From an uncultured bacterium (lineage in GTDB: Bacteria; Abyssobacteria; SURF-5), in contig CAZSKP010000025.1 of assembly GCA_964607485.1 (NCBI GenBank), positions 1 through 64,000 of the forward strand: DNA of 64,000 nucleotides, given 5' to 3'. Below the pieces are notes generated by a model. It was not told where the DNA came from and made no database searches. It saw nothing but the letters and a program-made list of their open reading frames with translations. The first letter of the stretch is position 1. Each line of letters starts with the position of its first letter. Shown here piece after piece: positions 46,998-56,473 of the stretch. Made by a program: the position numbers and the translations under genes.

Positions 46998-49190
46998 CTA
47001 TTTTTCTTCCATCTGCCGAAGGAGTTCGCTTGCCTCACGCAGGTCAGGGTCGAGCTTCAGCGCCCGCCTTAGCTCGTCGGCGGCCATCTTTCTCATTCCC
47101 TTGCGCGCGTATATCCTGCCGAGCTGAAGCCGCACGGTCGCGTTGCGCCGGTCCAACCTCTTCAGCCTCCTGAAATATTTCTCCGCGTCGTCCAGTCGGC
47201 CGAGCGCAAGATTCAGGTTGGCGAGATTCGTGAGGTTCGCCACCGAGCGCGGGCTCAATCGGTCCACCGCCTCGAACTCGGCCAGGGCTAACGAATACAG
47301 CCTCTGCTTCCAGTACACCACGCCCAGGCCGGCGTGGGCGACCTCGGAATCGGGATAGATGTCCAGCGCCTGCCGATACAGCAGCCGCGCGTTGTCATAG
47401 TATCCGAAGGCGCTGCAGAAACTGGCCCTCGTGATCTCGGCGAAAGGGAAGACCTGCCGGGGAATTTTGTCGGTAAGGCGTGGAAGCAGACCGAGAGCCC
47501 CGGAGAAGTGAGACTCTTCAATATCGCTTGGAAGGCTCGCGTCGAATTTTTCCTTCTCGTTTTCGAACGTGGCGAAGTCGATGCCAAATTTTTCTATCAC
47601 TTTGGCGTTCTCCGGCGTGTTTCTGACAAACAGTAATGAGACATCGTCGAAGTAGACCGGCTTCCACCGTGGAGAAACCATCAGGTGCTCGATCAAGTTC
47701 TTCGGCATGTATCCGATTGTGTAGTGAAGCAGCGCATAGCCGACATTCATCGCCGCGGCACGCTCTTCGAACAAGACGGGATTGGCATACATCAGGCCAT
47801 AATTCTCCAGAAACTTGTTTCCATACACCTCCCAGCGGCCGTCGTAGTAGACCTTGCGTTCCGGGTAGAAGCGCCAGATTAAGTATCCGCCGTCTCTGGG
47901 ATCGTTGAACATATTTCCATCCAGATTCTCCGCCTCGATGAAGTTGGCCGCCTTGATTGGGTAGGCGTGCTCCGCGACCCCGAACCCGAACCGCGTGAGG
48001 TCCCTGTCGGATATGTAATAATTGTCCGTCACTATCTGACAGATCATATATATGATTCCCACCATTATCAGGGGCGCGATGACGAGCTGCACGACCGCGA
48101 ACACGCGCGACAGGTTGACTTGCCTAAAATTCTCGGAAACGTCGTTCATGAAGCTGCCGACGTTCGTGACGGCGATTGGAGCTGCGATAACCGCAAAGAT
48201 GTCCATGTTTCGGCGGGCGGTGACAGCGAGGTAGGCAAAGGCGCCGAACAGGCAGAGATGCGTCAGGTTCAGCCTTCTCAGATTTAACAGAAAACAAAGG
48301 GCCGAGATATAGATCATCCACTTGAAATAGTTCTCGGCCCGGCTGAGGTCAAAGCCCGCGAGCGGCGGCATGAGCTCCGTAACGCTGGCAGCCACGAGGT
48401 TGGTTTCGCCATGAATCTCCTTAAACAGAGTGAAAGGATACAACGCCACGTCGGTCGTGTAGGGATTCAGGAAGCTCTCCAATATCATGACGACCAAGAC
48501 GACGACAAGCCACACATATCTCTTTCCGCGAAGCCCGTCTCCCACATCGCGCTTCCACGGCAGCCTGACCTTCCACTCGATGAGCGCAAAAAAAAGATAG
48601 ACAGCGGGGAGGATCAGACCCATTACGAACAGACCGTGCATGTTCACCCAAAACAGTTGAAGCACGGGCAGAAGGAAAATCGCCCGAGTATCTCGCCTCT
48701 TGTGTCGTTCAAGTATGAAGAAATAGGCGGCGAGAAAAAGCAGCGTGACGATATGCGGGCGCGCGAGGAATCTTTCGCCAGCGATAACAACCGCGGCCAC
48801 CGTGAACACCGAGGCCGCGACATACTTCTCCCTGTCGTATCCGATGAAATAGACCAGCAAAAACGTGACCAGCAGCGCGCCCGTCACGAGCAGGGTCGGC
48901 CCGACGATTCCGAGCAGCCGGTAAGAGACAAACAGCAACAGTTGAAACAGCCAGTGCGAGTCGATGTACTTGTTGCCCGTGACCGTGAACGAGTAGAAGT
49001 CGGCCCGGGGAACCTTGTGGGTTTCATAGATATATTCCCCCGTCTTCAGCAGCCACCCGAAGTCGCGATTCTCGACCTTGTGAACCGAGAAGATTAGCAC
49101 GAGCAGAAGCGTGAGACAGAGCAGGAGCGCCCTCGCGGTTTTATTCAGCCGCTCCATCAGGCTGCCGTCCTGTGGGCAATCGTCATTCAT
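46998..49190 (-). CDS. Polytopic membrane protein (GT-C-like) with C-terminal TPR repeats
   Basis: 'DFGWLLKTGEYI', 'WVNMHG', 'YYDGRWEVY', TPR-like C-terminus. Confidence 0.75.
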   Translation of the reverse strand: MNDDCPQDGSLMERLNKTARALLLCLTLLLVLIFSVHKVENRDFGWLLKTGEYIYETHKVPRADFYSFTVTGNKYIDSHWLFQLLLFVSYRLLGIVGPTLLVTGALLVTFLLVYFIGYDREKYVAASVFTVAAVVIAGERFLARPHIVTLLFLAAYFFILERHKRRDTRAIFLLPVLQLFWVNMHGLFVMGLILPAVYLFFALIEWKVRLPWKRDVGDGLRGKRYVWLVVVLVVMILESFLNPYTTDVALYPFTLFKEIHGETNLVAASVTELMPPLAGFDLSRAENYFKWMIYISALCFLLNLRRLNLTHLCLFGAFAYLAVTARRNMDIFAVIAAPIAVTNVGSFMNDVSENFRQVNLSRVFAVVQLVIAPLIMVGIIYMICQIVTDNYYISDRDLTRFGFGVAEHAYPIKAANFIEAENLDGNMFNDPRDGGYLIWRFYPERKVYYDGRWEVYGNKFLENYGLMYANPVLFEERAAAMNVGYALLHYTIGYMPKNLIEHLMVSPRWKPVYFDDVSLLFVRNTPENAKVIEKFGIDFATFENEKEKFDASLPSDIEESHFSGALGLLPRLTDKIPRQVFPFAEITRASFCSAFGYYDNARLLYRQALDIYPDSEVAHAGLGVVYWKQRLYSLALAEFEAVDRLSPRSVANLTNLANLNLALGRLDDAEKYFRRLKRLDRRNATVRLQLGRIYARKGMRKMAADELRRALKLDPDLREASELLRQMEEK

Positions 49191-49274
49191 GCGTCGGCGT
49201 CCATCGGCCTCGGAAACCCATCGGGGAAAGATACCATCGAATGCGGAAGCTTGTCAACATCGCCATGCCGCCCC

Positions 49275-49303
49275 TTGATTAGCAGGGTGATTTATGGTAT
49301 ATT
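49275..49303 (+). promoter_or_regulatory. sigma70 promoter upstream of the sulP leader
   Basis: TTGATT-N17-TATATT with extended TGn. Confidence 0.6.
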
Positions 49304-49585
49304 CAAGTCCGGGTGGCCTCAAAACGACGGGGAACAACTCCCCGCGAGGGCGGGAAGTACGACGCGTTCCGCTTCTTTGAGCGACCACACGGCCTTCCGG
49401 GGTTTCTCCCCGGCATGGGGGCGGAAAAACCTTGCTCCGCCCGGCAGACTCAAGCGTGAAATTATGGTATCTATCACCCCCTCGGACACTTCGGGAGATG
49501 GCTTCCCGTAAGAGGTCCTAGATAGATTCTGCGCGGATTCACGAATTAGTTGCATCCATAACCGAAGCGGGAGAAATAGAACGAA

Positions 49586-51718
49586 GTGCTGACACGCATT
49601 TTCCCTTTTCTCTCCTGGTTCAAAGAGTTCAACGGCCAAACGCTTCGGGCCGATTTCGTTTCGGGCCTAACGGTGGCCCTCGTGTTGATTCCGCAGTCGA
49701 TGGCCTACGCCCAGTTGGCCAGCCTGCCAGCCTACTACGGCCTGTATGCGGCCTTTCTTCCCCCCATCATCGCGGCCCTGTTCGGCTCCAGTCGCCAACT
49801 GGCCACCGGTCCCGTCGCCGTTGTCTCACTGATGACGTCCGCGGCACTGGAACCCATCGCCAAGGCCGGAAGCGAAGGCTTCATCATGTACGCGATCCTG
49901 TTGGCTATGATGGTCGGAGCCTTCCAATTTCTTCTCGGAGTGCTGAGGCTGGGTGTGGCGGTAAACTTTCTCTCACATCCCGTTGTGAACGGATTCACCA
50001 ATGCCGCCGCCATCATCATCGCCACGTCTCAGCTCTCGAAAATATTCGGCGTATACGTCGACGCGGCGGAACACCACTACGAGACAATATACAGGGTGAT
50101 CAAAGCGGCCATCGCTTACACGCACTGGCCCACGCTGGGCATGGCCATTCTGGCGTTCGCCATCATGTACGGCCTCAGGCGTCTGAATCCCAAGATTCCC
50201 AATGTGCTCGTGGCGGTCATGGTCACGACACTTCTTTCTTGGGCGACGGGTTTCCAGAACAATTACAAGACCGACGCGTCTATGATCGAGTCCTCCCAGA
50301 TGAAGGAAACGATCCAGGAATACAACGCATGTCTGCTCGAAATCGAAAGACTCTCCGAAGCCCGCACGGCACTGGACCCTACAATCAAGGAAACTGAAAA
50401 AACCCACGGCAAGCGCTCGGCCGAGGCAATGCAACTCCGCCACAAGCTTGCGCTGCTGAACCTCCAGCTCAACGAGCATAAGGAACAGAGTCTCGCCTAC
50501 AAGACCAAGCTGCGCTCCTACCATTTAGAAGCGGTGGAAGGCGCCGACGGGAAGAAGAGGTTTTACATCCGCGGGAATGTGCCGCCGGGGGAAAACGGCG
50601 ATGGGCATCGATGGCGGCTGAAGATAGGAAATAACATCATCAATGAAAGCTCCATCACGCTGGCCGGCGGGGGCGACGTGGTGGCCTCTATCCCTAAGGG
50701 ATTGCCGAAGTTCATCCTGCCGAGGCTCGATTTCAGGTTCATCCTCCAGCTCTTCCCCATGGCGGCCATCATCTCGCTGCTCGGCTTCATGGAAGCCATT
50801 TCTATTGCCAAGGCCATGGCCGCCAGAACGGGCCAGCGGCTCGACCCCAACCAGGAGCTCATCGGCCAGGGACTGGCCAACATGGTCGGCGCCATCGGTC
50901 AGAGCTACCCGGTCTCGGGCTCCTTCTCCCGCTCGGCCGTGAACATACAATCGGGGGCCGTAACGGGGCTGTCGAGCGTGGTGACGAGCTGCGTGGTGTT
51001 GATAACGCTGCTGTTTTTCACGCCGCTCTTGTACTATTTACCCCAGGCCGTGCTCGCGGCGATAATCATGATGGCCGTTATCGGCCTGATCAACGTAAGT
51101 GGATTCCTTCACTCATGGCAGGCCCAGAAGCACGACGGGGTCATCTCCATCCTCAGCTTTGTTTTCACGCTGGCATTCGCCCCGCACCTCGACCGTGGCA
51201 TCATGATCGGCGTCGTGTTGTCGCTGGGCCTGTATCTGTACCGCAACCTGAGGCCCGGGCTGGCCGTCGTGTCCCTGCACCCGGACGGCTCCCTCAGGGA
51301 TGCGGGACGGCACGGCCTTCGGCGATGCCGGCATATCGCGGCGGTCCGGTTCGACGGTCCCCTGTTCTTCGCCAGCGCCAGCTATCTTGAAGATAAGGTA
51401 CTCGAACAGGTGGCGGCCATGCCCGACCTCCGGCACGTACTCATCATAGCGCACGGCATCAATGAGCTCGATGCATCCGGAGAAGAGATGCTCTCGCAGC
51501 TTGTCAGTCGATTGCGTTCCTCCGGCTACGAGGTCTCGTTCAGCGGGTTGAAGGATGACATCATGGACGTGCTCAAGCGCACCCACTTGTACGAGGAGAT
51601 CGGCGAGGAAAACATGTTCCCCACCCAGGCGCTGGCCATCGAGGCCATCCATGCGAAGGCACACGAGAATTCGCAAGAAAAGGAATGCCCACTGCTGAAG
51701 GTATGCCTCACGAAGTAA
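49586..51718 (+). CDS. SulP/SLC26 anion transporter with STAS domain
   Basis: 'PQSMAYAQLA', 'GSSRQLATGP', 'NQELIGQG', 'GSFSRSAVN', STAS 'DGPLFFA..DASG'. Confidence 0.95.
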   Translation: MLTRIFPFLSWFKEFNGQTLRADFVSGLTVALVLIPQSMAYAQLASLPAYYGLYAAFLPPIIAALFGSSRQLATGPVAVVSLMTSAALEPIAKAGSEGFIMYAILLAMMVGAFQFLLGVLRLGVAVNFLSHPVVNGFTNAAAIIIATSQLSKIFGVYVDAAEHHYETIYRVIKAAIAYTHWPTLGMAILAFAIMYGLRRLNPKIPNVLVAVMVTTLLSWATGFQNNYKTDASMIESSQMKETIQEYNACLLEIERLSEARTALDPTIKETEKTHGKRSAEAMQLRHKLALLNLQLNEHKEQSLAYKTKLRSYHLEAVEGADGKKRFYIRGNVPPGENGDGHRWRLKIGNNIINESSITLAGGGDVVASIPKGLPKFILPRLDFRFILQLFPMAAIISLLGFMEAISIAKAMAARTGQRLDPNQELIGQGLANMVGAIGQSYPVSGSFSRSAVNIQSGAVTGLSSVVTSCVVLITLLFFTPLLYYLPQAVLAAIIMMAVIGLINVSGFLHSWQAQKHDGVISILSFVFTLAFAPHLDRGIMIGVVLSLGLYLYRNLRPGLAVVSLHPDGSLRDAGRHGLRRCRHIAAVRFDGPLFFASASYLEDKVLEQVAAMPDLRHVLIIAHGINELDASGEEMLSQLVSRLRSSGYEVSFSGLKDDIMDVLKRTHLYEEIGEENMFPTQALAIEAIHAKAHENSQEKECPLLKVCLTK

Positions 51719-51832
51719 CCTTCAAGCCGACTGTCCCGATTTCCTCAGACCATGCCGTCTCCGGCGAGAACTCTCCGCTTCTCATTGCTTTTCGAGGCAT
51801 TTCTGAAACACGATGCTGGAAGGGAGTAAACG

Positions 51833-53410
51833 TTAGGAGGCCGCTTTGACCTGTTCGAGGTCGGCCGGAAAAGTGGTGATCGGCAAACGGATGATGAATG
51901 TGGACCCTGTTCCGACCTTGCTGTTGACGCTGATGTGGCCGCCGTGTTTGGCCACGATTCCCTGACATATGGACAGCCCCAGTCCCGTTCCCTTGGACTT
52001 CGTGGTGAAGAACGGGTCGAATATGGTGGGAAGCACGTGGTCCGGGATGCCCGGGCCGTAGTCTGTTATCTTGACCGCCACATAGTTGGGTTCGTCGGCG
52101 GGAATAACAAGAATCTGTATTCGTCCGCCCTTTTCCGTGACATCGATGGCATTGAGGATAACGTTCAAGAACACCTGCTCAAGCTGTTGCCTGTCTCCGT
52201 GGACGCGAGGAAGGTGCGGCATGATCTTCAGGTCAGTGTGGATGCCGGCGAGCGCAATCTGGTTGCCGGCCAAAGCCAGCGTCCCTTTTATGACGTTCCC
52301 CAGGTCGAGGGGTTCCATGTTGCTTTCGCTCTCCCTCGCGAAGTCGAGCAAGTTGCGAACGATCGTCTTGGTCCTGTCAGCTTCGTTAATCAGGTCGTTG
52401 ATCATATCGAGTCGCTCGTCGTCCGGAAGGTCCCTGTAGTCTTCCTGCAGCATGTGCGCCGTCAGGGAGATGTTGTTGATGGGATTGTTCAGCTCGTGCG
52501 CCACGCCGGCTGTGAGCGTGCCGACGGCCCGCAGTTTGTGAGTCTGGACGAGGATGTCCTGCCGCCGCTCCAGCTCGCTTATCATATGGTTGATGGCCAC
52601 GGCGAGGTTCGAGAATTCGTCGCGGTAGCGACGGACGGGCATGATGGGCGAGTAATCACCGGCGGCGATACGGTCGGCATACGACAGAAACCGCCTGAGC
52701 GGGGTGAGAACTCTGTATCCGAGCACCACGGTGTTGAAGACAAACAGGATCAAGAGGAAAAGGAAGGAATATATGTGAACCCTTCGGGAAAACACTATCA
52801 TCTTGTCAAGGGCCACCTTTTCCTTCTGCATCAGGTCTTGGGCGAACGAGACCATCTCTTGCCCGTGCTTGCGCACTTCCACCTCGGCGTCCTTTTTCCT
52901 CCAGAAATAATCCTCGGCTTTGGGGTCGCGCTCGATGTCTTCCAATTTTTCCAACAGGCCTTCGTACTGGTCGAGGTGCGCCAGGATGGCGGCAGAGGAG
53001 CCCCTTCCCACCACTTCCTCCAGTCTGTCCGCGTTCTCTAACAGAATTCTTCGGGCCGCGTATATGTTTTCCAAGGCATCCGCCAGGTTGGTTCCGTACA
53101 GGAAGTAGTTCTTCTCGAAACGGCGGGCCTGCTGGATCTCGAAGAGATAACTATTCGAGACCTCAAGCAGCTTCACTTTGTCCTCTATCATGTATGTTGC
53201 AAACAGGAGGGCCGTTGCAATGCCGAAGAACAAGACGACGGAGAGCACAACGGCAAGGTAAATCTGCATCCTGATGCTGAACTTGGGGCGGCCTTTCAAG
53301 GCCTTAAGAGCGACCTCGGTGGCCTTTTCCCCTTGGTCGATCGATTCCGCGTTTTCCGTCGGGTCGGACGGACGGTCGTCGGTCGCCTTGTTCGACGCGT
53401 TCTCGCTCAT
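51833..53410 (-). CDS. HAMP sensor histidine kinase
   Basis: Two TM, 'AGVAHELNNP', 'LEQVFLN', 'DPFFTTK', 'GTGLGL'. Confidence 0.95.
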   Translation of the reverse strand: MSENASNKATDDRPSDPTENAESIDQGEKATEVALKALKGRPKFSIRMQIYLAVVLSVVLFFGIATALLFATYMIEDKVKLLEVSNSYLFEIQQARRFEKNYFLYGTNLADALENIYAARRILLENADRLEEVVGRGSSAAILAHLDQYEGLLEKLEDIERDPKAEDYFWRKKDAEVEVRKHGQEMVSFAQDLMQKEKVALDKMIVFSRRVHIYSFLFLLILFVFNTVVLGYRVLTPLRRFLSYADRIAAGDYSPIMPVRRYRDEFSNLAVAINHMISELERRQDILVQTHKLRAVGTLTAGVAHELNNPINNISLTAHMLQEDYRDLPDDERLDMINDLINEADRTKTIVRNLLDFARESESNMEPLDLGNVIKGTLALAGNQIALAGIHTDLKIMPHLPRVHGDRQQLEQVFLNVILNAIDVTEKGGRIQILVIPADEPNYVAVKITDYGPGIPDHVLPTIFDPFFTTKSKGTGLGLSICQGIVAKHGGHISVNSKVGTGSTFIIRLPITTFPADLEQVKAAS

Positions 53411-53817
53411 GTCTGCGTTTCTTCGTCCTCTTTTCCCAGCTTGTGTCCGAGGGCTTCAGCCGCCTTCACGACCACCGCCCTCAGCTCGTCGGGTTCAAAC
53501 GGCTTCGCGATGAAATCGAATGCTCCCTTCTCCATGGCCTCGCGGGCGGTTTCCATCATCGCGTAGCCCGTTATCATTATCACCTTGGTTCTCGAAGACT
53601 TCTTTCTGACCTGCTCCAATACTTCAATTCCGTCCACGTCCTTCATGCGTATGTCGGTCACTACGATGTCAAACTCCTGCTCTCCAATCCTCTTGAGAGC
53701 CTCCTTGGGGTCTTCAAACACCTCCACCTCGCAGCCGATCTTGGCGAGCGCGGGTTTCAGCCTTTTCCCCACGATGGGCTCATCATCCAGCAGGAGAAGC
53801 GTCAATCGGTCCGCCAT
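53407..53817 (-). CDS. Single-domain response regulator
   Basis: 'LLLDDEP', 'VVTDIRM', 'MITGY', 'AKPF'. Confidence 0.93.
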   Translation of the reverse strand: MADRLTLLLLDDEPIVGKRLKPALAKIGCEVEVFEDPKEALKRIGEQEFDIVVTDIRMKDVDGIEVLEQVRKKSSRTKVIMITGYAMMETAREAMEKGAFDFIAKPFEPDELRAVVVKAAEALGHKLGKEDEETQT

Positions 53818-53841
53818 CTTGTTCTCCTCTTGCCATAGCGG

Positions 53842-54666
53842 CTATCGCATCCCGCCCGCGATGCGCTCGAACAAATCTTCAGACATATGCACCTCGACGC
53901 TCACGACGCCGGGCAGTTTCGCTATGCGTTCCTCGATTATCGCGGCGTTCTTCTTCATCGCCCTGCCGGAGGCCTTGGTATGCACGTGAACCTTTCCGTC
54001 CTCGGACCGCACCCGTATGTCGGGGTCTATATCGACGAGGTTCGCCGCGACTCTGCATGACAGCTCTATGTTTTTCAAGAGCTTTACCGAGTATGTGATA
54101 GGCTGGAACTTCTTGTGTTTGACAGTGCTGGTGATAATCTCCACCGATTTCTCCACGCTGATCTGGCTGACGTTTATCACGAGGTCGTACAGGCTCGCGT
54201 CGGTATCGTCTCTGCCGTAGACCCACTTCATCAGCTTGCCATGCTGCTCGTCGGCGCGGAGGATTCCTTTTCGAGCTTCCTTTTCGGGGATGCCGTCGCG
54301 CTCCATTTTCAAGGCAATCCTGTCTTCGAGCGTTGCGGTGATACGGACCCTGAGCAGATGCGACACTCCCTGGATGAGCAGCTCTCCGGCGGGACCGTGG
54401 TAGACGACGTTGTCCTTCAACATGTACGCGGCAAACGCCGCCTTCACATACGCGATATACTTCTTCCTGGCGGTCGGGGTCATGCCAAGAAAAGAGGGCG
54501 CGTCGTGGGTGGCCTTGTAGAGTTTCTCCTCGGGAACTCCGTACTCCTTTGAGGCCGCCAGAAGCACCTCCCGACCGACGCATTCATACCCCAACAGTCG
54601 GGCCACCTCTTCCGCTATTTCCTTGCCCCTGCTGTAGGAACGCCTGGAGATGGTTATGATAGACAT
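53842..54666 (-). CDS. Cytidylate-kinase-like protein with BON-like C-terminus
   Basis: 'IITISRRSYSRGKEIAE', 'NVVYHG', 'YDLVIN'. Confidence 0.85.
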   Translation of the reverse strand: MSIITISRRSYSRGKEIAEEVARLLGYECVGREVLLAASKEYGVPEEKLYKATHDAPSFLGMTPTARKKYIAYVKAAFAAYMLKDNVVYHGPAGELLIQGVSHLLRVRITATLEDRIALKMERDGIPEKEARKGILRADEQHGKLMKWVYGRDDTDASLYDLVINVSQISVEKSVEIITSTVKHKKFQPITYSVKLLKNIELSCRVAANLVDIDPDIRVRSEDGKVHVHTKASGRAMKKNAAIIEERIAKLPGVVSVEVHMSEDLFERIAGGMR

Positions 54667-54858
54667 TGTTCAGACCCCTCTCACGTTACACGGCCCGGTT
54701 TCTGACAACACCACGCCGGGTCCTCCCTGATTGAGACCCATGCCGGGATGTTGAAACACCTCGCATATGTCGGGAAAGCGGTCGACGATGAGGAGGAAGC
54801 TTGCGGGTTTTGGGAGCCCGAATTGCGCATCGAGGCCTCGGTCTTTATCGATTCGGCC

Positions 54859-55272
54859 TTACGGTTTCGCAGGGCCTGCGTCTTCGCGAATGCCGGAGAC
54901 ACCGAGGGCGTCGGCAGCCTTGGCGATTACCTCTCGCAGGTCGGCTGGCTTGAAAGGCTTTGCGATGAAATCAAACGCCCCTTTGGCCTGCGCCTCTCTT
55001 GCCATTTCAAGGGTTGCATAGCCGGTGATCATGATCACCTTGGTACGCGGCGACTTCGCGGTCACGCGTTCCAGTATCTCGATTCCGTCGATTTCTTCCA
55101 TGCGAATATCGGCGACGACGATGTCGAATTCCTTTTCCTCGAGACGCGCCACGGCCTGGCGCGGGTCGGTGAAAATCTCCACCTCGCACCCCACCTTGGC
55201 CAGTGCCGGCTTCAGGCGCTTTCCGACAATCGGCTCGTCGTCGATAAGCAAGACGTCCAGCCTCTTCCCCAT
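54859..55272 (-). CDS. Single-domain response regulator (paralog of 53407-53817)
   Basis: 'DDEPIVGKRLKPALAK', 'DIRM', 'AKPF'. Confidence 0.93.
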   Translation of the reverse strand: MGKRLDVLLIDDEPIVGKRLKPALAKVGCEVEIFTDPRQAVARLEEKEFDIVVADIRMEEIDGIEILERVTAKSPRTKVIMITGYATLEMAREAQAKGAFDFIAKPFKPADLREVIAKAADALGVSGIREDAGPAKP

Positions 55273-55341
55273 GGTTCCTCCCCTCTGTATCGAGACATCT
55301 CGACGAATTGCGGCGGAGTGTCCTCGCGTCTCGCCGAGAAG

Positions 55342-56430
55342 CTATGTTTTTGCGTATTCCATGACGACCTGAATACTTCGTCTTCGCCTGTGGGCGCGGA
55401 AGACGTTGTAGAGGATTACCCCTACTCCCCCGAAGCCAGCCGCAAAGAGCAGCAGCTTGCTGGCACCATTGAAATAGGCGTCCCATTCGGGGTTCATTTC
55501 CAGGAAGCCTAACTGGCGCAGATACATTGGAATAGCAACTCCCCGGCTTAGCACACAGATAAGTATGACGAGTCCGGTGACCAATCGTATGTACACTTCG
55601 TTGACCACTTTGACGCCGTATGTGCCGATGAAAATACCCAAGAGAGACCCCAGATACAGCAGCATGGTCAGCCGAAGGTCCACAAACCCTTCCCATGCGT
55701 AGTTGAGCGCTCCCCACGCGCCCATGAACATGGCCAGAAAGAGCTCCGTACCGGCGGCCACGGCGGTGGGGATTCCGAACACGTAGATCATAGCGGGAAC
55801 GCCAATGAAACCGCCGACCCCGATGGTGCCCGCAAGATATCCCGTGGCCAGACCCACCAGCATCAGTATCCACAACGACACTTTTACGTCGGCGACCTTG
55901 AAATAAATCATCGGCGGCAGACGAAGCCGGGAGAGGAACTCACTTATCTTTCTCGATGGCCCCATACCTTCCGGGCCCGAGGTTCTCCTCACGTCTCGAA
56001 GCATCGAGATGGCGACAAGGGAGAGAATGAAAACGAACACCAGGCTAATATAGAGATCGGCCGCCGCGCCTCCGCCGCCTTCGCCGTGTCCGCCGCCTCC
56101 TCCTCCGGCGAACAGCTTGCTGTTAATCCATACGGCCAGCCGAATCCCGATAAAGGACGTGGCGACGAGGTAGATGGCCAGCCTTCTGTCCACGTTACCC
56201 ATCTCGCCATGTTTGCGCGAGCCGACCATCGCCTTGCCGAATTTGTGCGTGATATTGCTCCCGACGGCGATAACCCCCTGCACTCCCAGGTTCATCATGC
56301 CGGGCGTCATAAAGAACGCTCCCCCGCTGCCGATAAACCCGCTCAGAATACCGCCAATAAACCCGAGAAGAACGACCTGGAGTGCAATCATCAGGTCAAG
56401 GTTAATGAAATGCTCTCCCATCAGGTGCAT
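55342..56430 (-). CDS. TauE/SafE sulfite exporter family protein
   Basis: 'SGFIGSGGAF', 'GTIGVGGF', multiple TM helices. Confidence 0.9.
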   Translation of the reverse strand: MHLMGEHFINLDLMIALQVVLLGFIGGILSGFIGSGGAFFMTPGMMNLGVQGVIAVGSNITHKFGKAMVGSRKHGEMGNVDRRLAIYLVATSFIGIRLAVWINSKLFAGGGGGGHGEGGGGAAADLYISLVFVFILSLVAISMLRDVRRTSGPEGMGPSRKISEFLSRLRLPPMIYFKVADVKVSLWILMLVGLATGYLAGTIGVGGFIGVPAMIYVFGIPTAVAAGTELFLAMFMGAWGALNYAWEGFVDLRLTMLLYLGSLLGIFIGTYGVKVVNEVYIRLVTGLVILICVLSRGVAIPMYLRQLGFLEMNPEWDAYFNGASKLLLFAAGFGGVGVILYNVFRAHRRRRSIQVVMEYAKT

Positions 56431-56473
56431 CCAGTACCTCCTTCCGGCTGGAGACCATGCCGGAGCCAGTGGG

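Noticed and set aside
49493-49510. GGAGATGGCTTCCCG resembling a fluoride riboswitch 5' end
   Set aside because: The downstream GCTRATG pseudoknot element is absent.
54681-54902. 73-aa ORF between the receiver and kinase-like genes
   Set aside because: Overlaps the receiver gene, lacks an RBS and has no recognisable features.
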